The notes: generated from the sequence alone by a model not told the origin. Numbered from the stretch's first letter, positions 52,918 to 63,545 are shown. The stretch is 64,000 nt of DNA from an uncultured cyanobacterium (GCA_963807635.1 CAWEDJ010000067.1:32001-96000); one strand, 5' to 3'. Translations and numbers: made by a program.

Positions 52918-54025
52918 TGATAATCTTATTATTACTGATTCTGCTCTCCTAATTAATCTTTCGTTTTTATTGGCAGAACCAACGGGAATTAGTACCTATG
53001 CTGCTAACGTTTTTCCCTACTTAAAAAAATTAGATCCAACTCTTTTAACCGCTCATCATTATCCTGAATTTAATTGTCATTCTATCCCCAATAATCTAAC
53101 TCCTGCCCAGGGAACAAAAGGTCATTTTAATCGCCTACTCTGGACACAATTCCAATTACCTAAAATTTATAAACAACTCAAAGCTGATTTATTATTCTCA
53201 CCCATTCCCGAAGCTCCTTTATATCAAAAAACTCGTAATATTATCATGGTGCATGACCTCATCCCCTTGAGGTTTCCCCGTTGGAATTCAGCGTTAACTC
53301 AATATTTTAAATGGTGGTTTCCTGAAGTGCTTCGGCAATCAGAACATATTATTTGTAATTCCCAAGCGACGGCAGATGATTTAGTGAATTTTTTCCAAGT
53401 TCCTGCCCAGAAAATTACACCGATTTTATTAGCTTATAATGCTCAACATTTTCGTCACCTAGAAAATTTAGCCCCAGTAAATCCTGATTCAAAACCCTAT
53501 TTTTTATATCTAGGTCGCCATGATCCGCATAAAAATTTGACTCGTTTATTAACGGCATTTAGTAAGCTTTCTAACTCTAAAGATTATGAACTCTGGTTAG
53601 CAGGGCCAACGGATAAACGTTATACCCCAAAATTAAAGTTACAAGCCCAGGAATTAGGCATCCAAAATCAGGTGAAATTTTTAGATTATGTCTCCTATGA
53701 GCAATTACCGATTATCTTAAATCAGGCTTTTGCGTTAGTTTTTCCGTCGCTGTGGGAAGGATTTGGGTTTCCTGTCATTGAGGCAATGGCCTGTGGAACG
53801 CCTGTAATTACCTCTAATTTATCTTCTTTGCCTGAAGTAGCGGGAGATGCAGCAATTTTAGTGAATCCCTATGAGGTTTTGGAATTAACTAATGCGATGC
53901 AAAGTTTAATTCAAGATCAAAAAATGCGATCGCAACTAATTGACCGCAGTTTACAACAGGCAAAACAATTTAGTTGGGAAAAAACAGGACTGGAAACCCA
54001 AGCTGTTTTAGAACAATTTTTATGA
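52910..54025 (+). CDS. GT4-family glycosyltransferase
   Basis: [25 protein letters not shown]. Confidence 0.92.
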   Translation: MNDDNLIITDSALLINLSFLLAEPTGISTYAANVFPYLKKLDPTLLTAHHYPEFNCHSIPNNLTPAQGTKGHFNRLLWTQFQLPKIYKQLKADLLFSPIPEAPLYQKTRNIIMVHDLIPLRFPRWNSALTQYFKWWFPEVLRQSEHIICNSQATADDLVNFFQVPAQKITPILLAYNAQHFRHLENLAPVNPDSKPYFLYLGRHDPHKNLTRLLTAFSKLSNSKDYELWLAGPTDKRYTPKLKLQAQELGIQNQVKFLDYVSYEQLPIILNQAFALVFPSLWEGFGFPVIEAMACGTPVITSNLSSLPEVAGDAAILVNPYEVLELTNAMQSLIQDQKMRSQLIDRSLQQAKQFSWEKTGLETQAVLEQFL

Positions 54026-54805
54026 AGTGGACGTTACAGGAAAAACACCTGGCCACCGTTTATATTTCAGATAAAATCCTCCCAAACAGAGGGCAATAAT
54101 AGCAACGGTTCCTAATGCTAAATAACTCGGTACAAAAAATACGGCTTCTAGAGTATTAATCTGACCTGGTTTTAGTTTCCAAACTAACTGTGAGCGCGTA
54201 CTGGATTCGGGTAATAAAACTCCATCGGTGGTAATACTCTGAGTTAGAAACGGCGTATTGAGGGCAAATTCTAAATCGATCAAAGAACCAGGACTGACAA
54301 TAATATTTCCCTGATCAGAAAGCACTCCCAATGCCCGTAAATCTACCGTTAAATTAAGATGATTTCGATCTAAAAAGAGCCAGTTACTCTGGGCGATCGC
54401 CATTTCTGCTTTTAGTTGTAGTAAATCTAATTGATCAGCCTTGGGTTTAGTCGTATTTTTAGGGGGATTCGGATTAAAAAATAGGTTGAATTTTTCTGCT
54501 AATTCTTTTCCATTAGCAAAAGGAATTTTAACAATCATTTCTTGATCAGAAAGACGTTGAGTTTTTCCCTGTAAAGCTTTAGCACGACTTTCAATACTCG
54601 CGAGCCATTTATCCGTTTCCGTTTGGCTTAGAGTGGTTAACTGTTGCCCTAGTTGAATATGTTGAACAATTTCTCCGTGATGTTGCTCAGTAAAATTAAT
54701 GCCAACATCGTAGCGGACACAGCCACCCAAACAAGTTATCAGTAATAATGCTAGGGGTAATAGGAAAGCAAAGAATCGATTTTTAGATTTCATAAGAAAG
54801 TTCAA
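54020..54805 (-). CDS. DUF3153-like lipoprotein
   Basis: Lipobox LGGCV, W.LKPGQIN.LEA.F, C-terminal TM helix. Confidence 0.75.
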   Translation of the reverse strand: MNFLMKSKNRFFAFLLPLALLLITCLGGCVRYDVGINFTEQHHGEIVQHIQLGQQLTTLSQTETDKWLASIESRAKALQGKTQRLSDQEMIVKIPFANGKELAEKFNLFFNPNPPKNTTKPKADQLDLLQLKAEMAIAQSNWLFLDRNHLNLTVDLRALGVLSDQGNIIVSPGSLIDLEFALNTPFLTQSITTDGVLLPESSTRSQLVWKLKPGQINTLEAVFFVPSYLALGTVAIIALCLGGFYLKYKRWPGVFPVTSTS

Positions 54806-54875
54806 AAATTCAACAAAAATTAGGTTTTCATCAACGAGATACAGTAAATTGGGTTGTGATCACGGGAGGATTTTT

Positions 54876-54904
54876 GTAGGGACACAATACTATTATGTCC
54901 TTAC
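54876..54904 (+). repeat. GTAG-type REP-like palindrome
   Basis: GTAGGGACACAATACTATTATGTCCTTAC. Confidence 0.6.
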
Positions 54905-54938
54905 CTAGTAAAGGATTTAACCATCAAATGCTGTATTT

Positions 54939-57191
54939 TTATTCCTCATCCCAATCAGTATTCTGAGAAGCAACGCCACTACTAACGGTTATGAGATCAA
55001 TTTGTTGACGGTAGTAATCCACACTTTTAATCTGAACATCGACCTCATTTCCTAATCGGTAAGCTGTGCGATTTTTGCGTCCGACCAAGCAACTATGGCG
55101 AGCGCGATATTCATACCAATCATCTTTTAGGGAACTCACATGAACTAATCCTTCTACTAATAAATCCTCAATTTCTACAAAGAAACCATAGGATTGAACT
55201 CCTGTAATTAAACCCCGAAAGATTTGTCCCGTACGTTCTTTCATTTTTTCGGATTTTTTAAGACCCGCCAAGTCTTTTTCGGCATCTTCGGCTAGTTTTG
55301 AGCGGTCGTTGAGGGGGGACATCAACAGATGAAAATCTTCAATTAAGGCTTCATGAATTGCAGGGGGTAAGACATTCCAATTAATTTGACCGTGACAATC
55401 CAAATTATTGAGATTGACCCCTATTTTATTTTGTTTGGTGCGGCGATCGCGTCCTTCAGAAAGGACTAATTTCAAGACCCGTTGAATGAGTAAATCGGCG
55501 TAACGCTGACCTGGGGAGATGAAATGGGCGTAACCGTCACTGTAGGCAAGACCAAAGTGGGGAGCGGGATGGGTACTGTATTTTTCTCCCTTTAACGTGC
55601 CTTCGAGCAGGTGATTAAGAATACGGGAAGAATCGGATTTCGCAAAGGCCTGGGTCAGATTGGCATAATCCTGGGGTTTGAGATCCGCTTCCGTATCCAC
55701 AGTGACTTCTAACTTGAGATTAGCGGCGAGTTTCAACAGATCCGTTAGGTCTTCTCCATCAGGGGCGGACTGAGTGCAAAAAATACTGGGGACTTGTAGG
55801 GCAACCAGGTGATCCGCGATCGCCTTACCCATCAAAACAATTAATTCCGTCAACAAAGCCCGAATCGGCAGAGCTTCGGAAACCAAGACCACTCCCGAAC
55901 GCCCCTCATCCAGAAACGGTAATTGGGTATCGGATTGAATATTAAAACTACCCCGTTGTAAGCGTTGACTCTTAACCAGGGGACTGAAAGTAAAAAAGAG
56001 TTGATTCAATTTTTCAACCAAATCTTCTAGCTCATTCGGCACATTTTCGGGTTCTGATAAAAGCGTTTGTACCTGGGCGAAATTTAACTGATGGTCAACT
56101 TTGATCAAACTAGGATGGTATTCAAAACCGACGATTTTAGCATTGACATCTAAGGAAACAAAGAAAGAAAGAGCCAGACGGTCTTCTCCTGGAACGAGGG
56201 AACAACGCTGAGTGATTGCTTCAGGAAATAAAGGAGACACTTTTTCCCCTAAATAAACCGAGGTTCCTCGTTTTTTCGCTGCTTTTTCTAAAGGGCTATT
56301 CGGTAAAACATAATGGGCGACATCGGTGACATGGATTCCGAATTGCCATCTTTTTTCGATTTTTTCAAGGGTAAAAGCCGTTTCAATGAAGGGTAAATTT
56401 TCCCTTGGTATATCATCAGTAAAGGTAAAAGTCAGGAGTTCGCGCAGGTCTTGACGATTTTTCAGTTCGGATTCATCGAAGGTCGGGGGTAAATTTTCGG
56501 CGGCTTGCAGAACTTCTGGTTTCCAGCTTTGGGGCAGGTCATGTTTACAGGAGACAATATCCGTATCGGCGGCGGCTTCTGCATCACTGCCAAGGATTTT
56601 GGTCACTTCACCGAGGGGCGGATTGGTTCCGATGGGATAGCGGAGGACAGAAACATGAACGAGATGATCGATCGCACTGGCTAAATCCTGATCATTTTCC
56701 AGCAGATTTAATTCAAATAAAAGTCGGTCATCCAACGGCACAGCCCGAAATTTGTCATCTTCCAATTTAACTTGCGCTAGTAAAGAGGGATTAGCCCGTT
56801 CTAGGATTAATCGCACTGCTCCTTCAGGAGAACGTCGTCGGGTTCCTTCTTTAATCACTTTTACTAAAACGCGATCGCCATTCCAGGCATTGCCTAGCTG
56901 GGTTTCTCGGACATAAATATCATCGGCATCTTCCACATCCTGGATCGCAAAACAGAAGCCTTTACTCGAACAACGGAGTTTGGCTTCGACAACGTTTTCT
57001 TCTACGACCCGTCGATATTTCCCTCGTTCTTTTTCTAAAATACCGACTCGCTCTAGGGCATCTAAGACAATTTGCAGTTTTTCAAGGGATTCTTCATCCT
57101 CTTCGCAACCCAGTTTTTTTTCTAAAACTTTTCCTGCGATTAATTTATCATCCGAAAAATGGGAAAGGAGTGTAGCGATTGAAAATTCCAT
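54939..57191 (-). CDS. zam: RNase R/II-family protein (Zam-like)
   Basis: MEFSIATLL start, CSD (LRCSSKGFCFAI), RNB-like core, C-terminal S1 (ITGVQSYGFFVE...GLVHVSSL). Confidence 0.8.
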   Translation of the reverse strand: MEFSIATLLSHFSDDKLIAGKVLEKKLGCEEDEESLEKLQIVLDALERVGILEKERGKYRRVVEENVVEAKLRCSSKGFCFAIQDVEDADDIYVRETQLGNAWNGDRVLVKVIKEGTRRRSPEGAVRLILERANPSLLAQVKLEDDKFRAVPLDDRLLFELNLLENDQDLASAIDHLVHVSVLRYPIGTNPPLGEVTKILGSDAEAAADTDIVSCKHDLPQSWKPEVLQAAENLPPTFDESELKNRQDLRELLTFTFTDDIPRENLPFIETAFTLEKIEKRWQFGIHVTDVAHYVLPNSPLEKAAKKRGTSVYLGEKVSPLFPEAITQRCSLVPGEDRLALSFFVSLDVNAKIVGFEYHPSLIKVDHQLNFAQVQTLLSEPENVPNELEDLVEKLNQLFFTFSPLVKSQRLQRGSFNIQSDTQLPFLDEGRSGVVLVSEALPIRALLTELIVLMGKAIADHLVALQVPSIFCTQSAPDGEDLTDLLKLAANLKLEVTVDTEADLKPQDYANLTQAFAKSDSSRILNHLLEGTLKGEKYSTHPAPHFGLAYSDGYAHFISPGQRYADLLIQRVLKLVLSEGRDRRTKQNKIGVNLNNLDCHGQINWNVLPPAIHEALIEDFHLLMSPLNDRSKLAEDAEKDLAGLKKSEKMKERTGQIFRGLITGVQSYGFFVEIEDLLVEGLVHVSSLKDDWYEYRARHSCLVGRKNRTAYRLGNEVDVQIKSVDYYRQQIDLITVSSGVASQNTDWDEE

Positions 57192-57877
57192 GAATAGTGA
57201 TCCTTAATAATGTGTAGCAGTTAAAAAAAGAGAGGACTGATGAGGGTTTCTACAGAAGAGTTCTTTTCCTCTATCTAGCTTTTCAGACATCAAATTTTAA
57301 AGAATTGTCTGATGCAGAAGAAGAAATGACACTAATCCAATAAAGCGGTTATGACCAATGAATTAAACCCGCGAGAATTTCTAGGTTGACGATGAGGGTG
57401 TCCCTAGAAAACTAGGCGTAAGCATGAACGAAGGGTTGCAATTAACAAGGTTGGGGAGAAAAAACTCTCTTCATCTCTTCGGACTTTAAGAAAGATTGCA
57501 GCTTTCGATAGCAAGCGACTCTCGTTGAGGTTGACGATTGTTTCCGTAGGTAATAAAACCTAAAGATGGACAGTCGATTCTAAAGATATTCTTGGGATAT
57601 TCTTTAGATTTAACTTTATATTGTAACAATCTAATGGCCTTTATCGTGAATGTCGAAGGGACTATTTTTAAGATGGGAGGGATTTAGACAAGATAAAAGC
57701 GATCGCCGAAATGTGAGTAACTCTCCAGGAATTTGCCAAAACAGTACCAAAAAAACTAAACTAAGTGTCGAAAGCAAAGTTTTCTCTGCTAGGATCGAAT
57801 CACGACTCAATAATAGAAAAAACTCGGTCAGGTCTCTATTCACCGCTATTTATTTCGATTAAATTCAAAATTTTGTT

Positions 57878-58813
57878 ATGTTGAATCAATTTCGTCTCCA
57901 TTATCCCCAAGGCAGTCTCACCAGTGAATTAGTAATGATTGATCACGGTCTTTATATTGTGCGATCGCGGGTAGAGGTGGGAGATGTGACCCTGGCGACG
58001 GGATTGGCAGGAGCGGCAACGGTTGAGAGCGCGGAAGATCAAGCCCGACTCCGAGCCTTAGCCCTGTTGAATTTTGAGAGCAAGCCCTCCGCAGAAATCA
58101 AGCCCGCCCCCATTGCGTCTGCTACGGATCATAAAACCGCGATCGCGAGTGAACCTGTTGCCGTAAAAGAAAAATTAATCGAAGAAGTCCATCCCGTCCC
58201 GATTCCTAAAGTTGTTAAAACTAAAAAAGCCCCTACCCCGCCCTTACCCGTAGAAGTTGAAACCATTGCAGTAAAAACCGAGCAATCTTCCCCTATCTCC
58301 TCACCCGAAGTTGCTCCCATTCCTGAACCTTCCCCAGTGACCCCATCTCCGATTCCCGAAAAAGCTCCTGAATTAATCCTCTCAGAACCCGTTGAACCAG
58401 AAATTGAACATCCTGCTGAAGAGTTTGTTGAAATTCCCCCGATTCCACCTGAATTAACCGAGCAGAATGGAAAAGCACCCTTGCTGGATTTTGCTGAGAC
58501 GAATGGTGGTCACGAATCTCCCTTACCCTTGGAAACCCTACCGCTTTTGGATAATGTTATGGTGTCCCAAGCTCCAGAAATGGCAGTTGATCAACCCGCT
58601 CCTTCTGCTTTAGATACCAGTCAACCCATTGATTTTTCCGAAGTGATTGCCCGTAGCAATGTGGAACTCAAGCGACTCAACTGGACACAGGAACATGGCA
58701 AAAATTATCTTCTCCAAACCTACGGCAAGCGATCGCGTCAACTGCTTTCGGATGAAGAATTAATCGAATTTCTCCAGTATCTAGAAAGTCAACCTACACC
58801 GACCTCTGATTGA
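57878..58813 (+). CDS. Hypothetical protein with Pro/Glu-rich central linker
   Basis: FR..YP.GSL.SEL...A..VE.AED.AR.RA; C-terminal ELKRL.W..E.G..YL..TYGKRSR.LL.DEEL. Confidence 0.8.
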   Translation: MLNQFRLHYPQGSLTSELVMIDHGLYIVRSRVEVGDVTLATGLAGAATVESAEDQARLRALALLNFESKPSAEIKPAPIASATDHKTAIASEPVAVKEKLIEEVHPVPIPKVVKTKKAPTPPLPVEVETIAVKTEQSSPISSPEVAPIPEPSPVTPSPIPEKAPELILSEPVEPEIEHPAEEFVEIPPIPPELTEQNGKAPLLDFAETNGGHESPLPLETLPLLDNVMVSQAPEMAVDQPAPSALDTSQPIDFSEVIARSNVELKRLNWTQEHGKNYLLQTYGKRSRQLLSDEELIEFLQYLESQPTPTSD

Positions 58814-58866
58814 GGATAAACTATTGGAATTTCAGTAAAAAAATTAGTGAATAATGGCAACTAATT

Positions 58867-59173
58867 ATGACAACGCTTCTTACCATCGACGCTAAAAAAA
58901 ATGCTGATTCTTCCTTGGTTTTTTCTAATATTAGCTGCCCCAATTTGACGCGATCGCAACGGCCTTTAATGAAATTGCAGGAGTCAGGTTAACTTATTTA
59001 GATAATGTTTTAGAAATTATGACCCTGAGTCCAGAGCATGAAGAAACAAAAAGCACAATTTGCATTCTGATAGAAGCCTATTTGAGAGAAATTGGCATTC
59101 GTTTCTATGTTCGAGGAAATGCGACTCTCGGAAGTCGAGAAATTGGCGGACAAAAGGAACCCGATGAATCCTA
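58867..59173 (+). pseudogene. Uma2-family endonuclease, N-terminal half truncated at IS5 (also a frameshift at about 58929)
   Basis: ISW.QF...RLTYLDNVLEIMTLSPEHE...IEAYL...QKEPDES ends at the IS TA; absent from the ORF track. Confidence 0.75.
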
Positions 59174-60085
59174 GGGCGTGTCATCAATTAGGGTGGTTGA
59201 CATTAGTGGCAAATAATGCGCAGAGTATGAAATGACACAATATACGTTGAAGAGAGGTGTGAATATGACGAGGCGTTATGCGTTGCGGGATGACCAATGG
59301 GAAAGAATCAAAGAGCTATTACCTGGAAAAGAGGGAGATGTGGGAGTAACAGCCAAAGATAATCGTTTGTTTGTTGAAGCCGTATTATATCGATATAGAG
59401 CGGGCATTCCTTGGAGAGACTTACCCGAAAGGTTTGGAGATTTTCGAGTGATTCACACGCGTTTTACGCGATGGACGAAATCAGGGGTGTGGGAAAAGGT
59501 ATTCAAGCACTTAGCGCAGGACGCTGATAATGAATACGCAATGATAGATGCAACGATTGTGAGAGCGCATCAACACAGTGCAGGAGCAAAAAACAGTAGC
59601 GCAGAGGAAGAAGATATAGGAAGGAGTACAGGAGGATTAAGTACGAAAATCCATGCCGTAGTAGACGCATTAGGGAATCCAGTCTCTTTTTTCCTAACGC
59701 CAGGTCAAGCGTGTGATTTAGACGGAGCCGATGTGCTATTGCCTGATGTAGAAGCAGAAGCGGTGCTAGGGGACAAAGCCTATGACGCAGACGATAGAGT
59801 CATTAAGGTTCTAGAAAAAAGAGGGATAGTGCCTGTGATACCCTCGAAAAGTAATCGAAAAGAACCTCGCCCTTATGATACATTTTTGTATAAAGCGCGT
59901 CATTTAGTCGAAAACTTCTTTGCGAAACTCAAACAATATCGTGCGCTTGCGACTCGTTACGACAAGCGCTCAGCCAATTTTCTAGGCGGCATCTATCTGG
60001 CCGCATCAGTTATATGGTTAGCGTAGCCCAGTTTGAACAGCATAATTATTCACTAATGTCAAGTGTGTTAGTTGATGACACGCTC
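59174..60085 (+). mobile_element. IS5-family (IS427-like) insertion sequence
   Basis: TIRs GGGCGTGTCATCAATTA / TAGTTGATGACACGCTC; TA on both sides. Confidence 0.9.
59265..60026 (+). CDS. IS5-family transposase
   Basis: G.PWRDLPERFG, IDATIVRAHQH, GDKAYD, YKARHLVENFFAKLKQYR.LATRYDK. Confidence 0.95.
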   Translation: MTRRYALRDDQWERIKELLPGKEGDVGVTAKDNRLFVEAVLYRYRAGIPWRDLPERFGDFRVIHTRFTRWTKSGVWEKVFKHLAQDADNEYAMIDATIVRAHQHSAGAKNSSAEEEDIGRSTGGLSTKIHAVVDALGNPVSFFLTPGQACDLDGADVLLPDVEAEAVLGDKAYDADDRVIKVLEKRGIVPVIPSKSNRKEPRPYDTFLYKARHLVENFFAKLKQYRALATRYDKRSANFLGGIYLAASVIWLA

Positions 60086-60103
60086 TAGAAATTGTAAACA
60101 TAA

Positions 60104-60358
60104 TTATTTATAAATATCTCGCCGATGTCCTATTTTTCTTAATTTGATTTTTTGGTTTTGATCATCAATATCATATATGATTCTATAATCACCGATACGA
60201 ATACGATAACCTTGTGTATTTTTCATTTTCAAATAACCATTAGGTCTAGGATTTGTCTGCATTTTCACTAAACACTCAAAAATATCATCTTGAATAGTTC
60301 TAGACAATTTTTTTATCTGCTTTTGGACTGAATTAGGAATGATAATTTGATGGGTCAT
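60104..60358 (-). CDS. RelE/ParE-family toxin
   Basis: PRP.G..K.....YRIRIGDYRIIY.I...IGHRRDIY. Confidence 0.9.
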   Translation of the reverse strand: MTHQIIIPNSVQKQIKKLSRTIQDDIFECLVKMQTNPRPNGYLKMKNTQGYRIRIGDYRIIYDIDDQNQKIKLRKIGHRRDIYK

Positions 60359-60361
60359 AGC

Positions 60362-60580
60362 TTACTCGTTCTCGCGTTGACTCACAAATTCTTCTAATGT
60401 TAAATAATCACCCGAAGCAATTTCTGAATTAGTTTCTTCTATTGCCTGCTCATAAGCTTTAGCACAATAAAACTCGTCTAAGTCTTCTAATAGTTTTTCA
60501 TAAACTGCAATATCTAAAACTACTGCAATTCGGTTCCCTTTTTCATCGGTTAAAAATTTTTCTTGTAAATTAGTGACCAT
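60362..60580 (-). CDS. Putative antitoxin of the RelE-type toxin
   Basis: D.KGNR.AVVL....YE.LLE.L, acidic, 3 bp upstream of the toxin. Confidence 0.75.
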   Translation of the reverse strand: MVTNLQEKFLTDEKGNRIAVVLDIAVYEKLLEDLDEFYCAKAYEQAIEETNSEIASGDYLTLEEFVSQRENE

Positions 60581-60743
60581 AATGCTAAAGCTCCCATGAG
60601 AAATGATCGGGGTGAATTCCTTTTTCTTTATTGTAACGAATTGCTGATGTTCTCTTCTAGACTATGCGATAACCCTTTATCACTGCAACAAAATAGGAAT
60701 GGGATCACCATTTATTATTACATTAAAAATTTAGACCTATTTG

Positions 60744-62762
60744 TTATGAATTTCTGGATGTTTCTCGGCTAGGACAAAGTGTACAATAAATATTTTTAAA
60801 TATTTTTATTTGCTCAGTCCACTCTGGAGTCAATTGATTAACTAAATATCCTAATTTTGAGCATTCAATACATCTATTAGGATTTATTGTATACATTGTA
60901 TGATGTGAATAAATATGTTGTTGATCTTGAAGAACTTGAATATGACGACAGAATTCATTTTTCTCTATCATTATATCTCTAAGACACTGAAAATCTATTA
61001 TAATATTTTCTCTACGTTCTCTGGGCAAACCATACATTTGAAGTGTTTGGTCGGCATAAAATTCTAACCCTTCATTTGTTGATAAAGGAGATACATCAAA
61101 AACACCAATTTTTTTCTGTTGTACAATCTCATCAATAGATTTCATTATTTGTGAGAATAGAGAATTTCCATCAATAATTTCTTTAGCGGTTTCAAAATGA
61201 CGCTTATATCCTAAAAATTTAGACTGATTAGATACAGCTTGTGCAATCTTTTTAGCTTCTTCTTCTTGTCCATTTATTTCAAATATCTGAGCCATTATTA
61301 ATTGAAGACGGACTTCCCCTTCTATCATTTTAGATATTTTATAAATTTCTAACGACTGATTACAAAAATTGATAAGCTCTGATACTTCCTGATTAATAAG
61401 ATCTTTACTTATAGATTCTCCTTGAAATGTGATTAAAGCTATATTGTAAGTCAATAGAAGTACCTTAATAAATACTTTAGAGGTAAGAGCATCTGCTACG
61501 AAGATTGGATTTCCAATTCTAATAGCATATTGAACGAGATCATTCGCTTCAACTAACCAATTTTCAAGATATTGAAAAGCGTATTTTGAATTAGAACTTT
61601 TATCAACAACAAAAGGATTATTGTTACTCAAGACTATTGTAATAGTTTCATTCAAAATATTATGAATCGAATCTAAGCCTGCTATTTCAATATATTTTAC
61701 TCTCACACTAAACTTTAGGTTATCTGGAAAGATTTCTGAATTAACAACTTTGTCTCTAATATTTTTTATTTCATCTAATATTTTTTTATCGTACACTGAC
61801 AAAGAACGAAATTCATCTATGAGCTTTTGCAATTTAATTTCTTCTAACAAGCCTTCATCACAAAGTGCTTGTTTTTCAAGGTTTTTATAATATTCATCAT
61901 TTGTAATTACCCCTAAATTAAGTTTTGATGCTAGATGTAGTCTTTCTGCAAATTTTCTATCTTCATCTTGCAAGTCCTCCGAAATGGCTGCATCAGCAGC
62001 TTCTCCCAATGCAGTTTGATATTTACCAATAGTGAAATTTGCGTAAGAACTGATTAGCTTAAATCGGGAAGAAATAGAGGCTTTGTAAGTAATTAAACTT
62101 AACTTTTCAAGGACTACATGGGCATAGCCTGCTGCAACAAGAGTTATTCCAGTAGATTCTATAATGTTCTCAATTTCAATAGAATTTTCAGTATTTAGAG
62201 TATTAGTGTTGATTACGATAGAGACCTTATCATTAGAAGGAGCATATGCGAGGGTTTCTAAAATTTTGCGATGTAATCCCACTTCTTGATAAATCCTGTC
62301 ATAAATATAATTGAGAGTTGATTCATTTAATTGTTGTTCAAAAGGAATTGAAATTGTACCCTGATCTTTCCAATCAGAATCCATGCTGATATGGCGACGA
62401 TTCTCGTCACTTGCCCATGTATAAAATAATTCGTCTGTTTCTTCGATGTATAAAATATATAAACCCAAGGGGCCGTTTAATAAATAGTTTAAATTACTTG
62501 TTTCAATTTGTAGAGTGACAATCCCATCCTTTCTTGCCTGCTTTTTTTGTTTACTTTTGAGTTGAACTTGAGCGCGCATATTAATCGGATTGCCATCAAT
62601 TAATATCTCTAAAGAGCCATCAACGCCATAATCATCAATCCGTTCATCTCGAAAAATAAAAAGATGCTCTGGTAACAAAGCTTCAAACTTTTTAATACTT
62701 TTTCTCTGTAATCGAGAAGAAATATCTCCTTGAGGATAGGGATTTGGTTTATTATTCATCAA
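60744..62762 (-). CDS. DUF4365 (PD-(D/E)XK-like) domain protein with helical body and Cys-rich C-terminus
   Basis: DYGVDG.LEI...QVQLKS...NYL; very AT-rich; C-terminal CRH...CIEC...CTLC. Confidence 0.75.
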   Translation of the reverse strand: MMNNKPNPYPQGDISSRLQRKSIKKFEALLPEHLFIFRDERIDDYGVDGSLEILIDGNPINMRAQVQLKSKQKKQARKDGIVTLQIETSNLNYLLNGPLGLYILYIEETDELFYTWASDENRRHISMDSDWKDQGTISIPFEQQLNESTLNYIYDRIYQEVGLHRKILETLAYAPSNDKVSIVINTNTLNTENSIEIENIIESTGITLVAAGYAHVVLEKLSLITYKASISSRFKLISSYANFTIGKYQTALGEAADAAISEDLQDEDRKFAERLHLASKLNLGVITNDEYYKNLEKQALCDEGLLEEIKLQKLIDEFRSLSVYDKKILDEIKNIRDKVVNSEIFPDNLKFSVRVKYIEIAGLDSIHNILNETITIVLSNNNPFVVDKSSNSKYAFQYLENWLVEANDLVQYAIRIGNPIFVADALTSKVFIKVLLLTYNIALITFQGESISKDLINQEVSELINFCNQSLEIYKISKMIEGEVRLQLIMAQIFEINGQEEEAKKIAQAVSNQSKFLGYKRHFETAKEIIDGNSLFSQIMKSIDEIVQQKKIGVFDVSPLSTNEGLEFYADQTLQMYGLPRERRENIIIDFQCLRDIMIEKNEFCRHIQVLQDQQHIYSHHTMYTINPNRCIECSKLGYLVNQLTPEWTEQIKIFKNIYCTLCPSRETSRNS

Positions 62763-62988
62763 TTACTTTTCTCCAATTAACTTGTTTGTCAGTTACAACT
62801 TTTTTATCAGTGATCTTCCATGTCAAGAATTCCGAAAAAAGAGGAGATTATCGCTAATCCGTACCATTATAACCTATTAATCCGCTCCCTCAATTAGTGC
62901 AAACTCTTGACGCTAAGTATTTTTCGTCATCTTAACGCTAAACTCATCATCAGACAACAACAATTTCCCAATTCATAAAAACTAATTT

Positions 62989-63157
62989 ATGAAATTCAAC
63001 GTAACTATTGATCGAGATGAAGTATGGCGTTTGGATTTTTGAATGTCCCATTATTCATGGCTGTGTCAGTCAGGGAGAAACCAAAGATAAAGCCTTAGCC
63101 AATATTCAAGATGCCATTACTGCCTGTCTTCAGGTTGGACGCGATTCTCCATGTTAG
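62989..63157 (+). pseudogene. hicB: HicB-family antitoxin remnant
   Basis: MKFNVTIDRDE / frameshift / GVWIFECP.I.GCVSQGET...AL.NI.DAI..CL; tail replaced by about 19-bp repeats; no hicA seen. Confidence 0.7.
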
Positions 63158-63191
63158 ACGCGATTCTTCAGGCTAGATGCCGCTGTTTACT

Positions 63192-63545
63192 TCAAATCTC
63201 TGGGATAGGAGGTAAACATTCCTCTAATTGAGTGCGTAACGGAACCAAATTTGAAACAATAACTTCCCAGACAACTTGCTGTTGAATATCATCATAACGA
63301 TGAATTAAAATATTGCGTAAACCAATAATTCCACGCCAATTAATATCTGAATGAGTAGATCGAAAATCTGAAGAAATACGACCTGCGCCCTCCCCTAAAA
63401 TCTCAAGTTGTCGCTCTACTGCACTTTGAATTAAGGCACTATTTAAATAATCGTCAAAGGAAAGACTCGCAGTAAATTCCTGTATTTTGGCGATCGCCTG
63501 TAACATATCCCAAATAAAACCCGCATCACGATTATTCGGCAACAT
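63192..63545 (-). CDS. hepT: HEPN (DUF86) toxin HepT
   Basis: AVERQLEILGE, W..I.GLRNILIHRY (R-X4-H-X-Y). Confidence 0.88.
   Translation of the reverse strand: MLPNNRDAGFIWDMLQAIAKIQEFTASLSFDDYLNSALIQSAVERQLEILGEGAGRISSDFRSTHSDINWRGIIGLRNILIHRYDDIQQQVVWEVIVSNLVPLRTQLEECLPPIPEI

Noticed and set aside
57237..57270. CTGATGAG hammerhead-like core in the long zam upstream region
   Set aside because: No stem II followed by GAAA and no stem I/III pairing found
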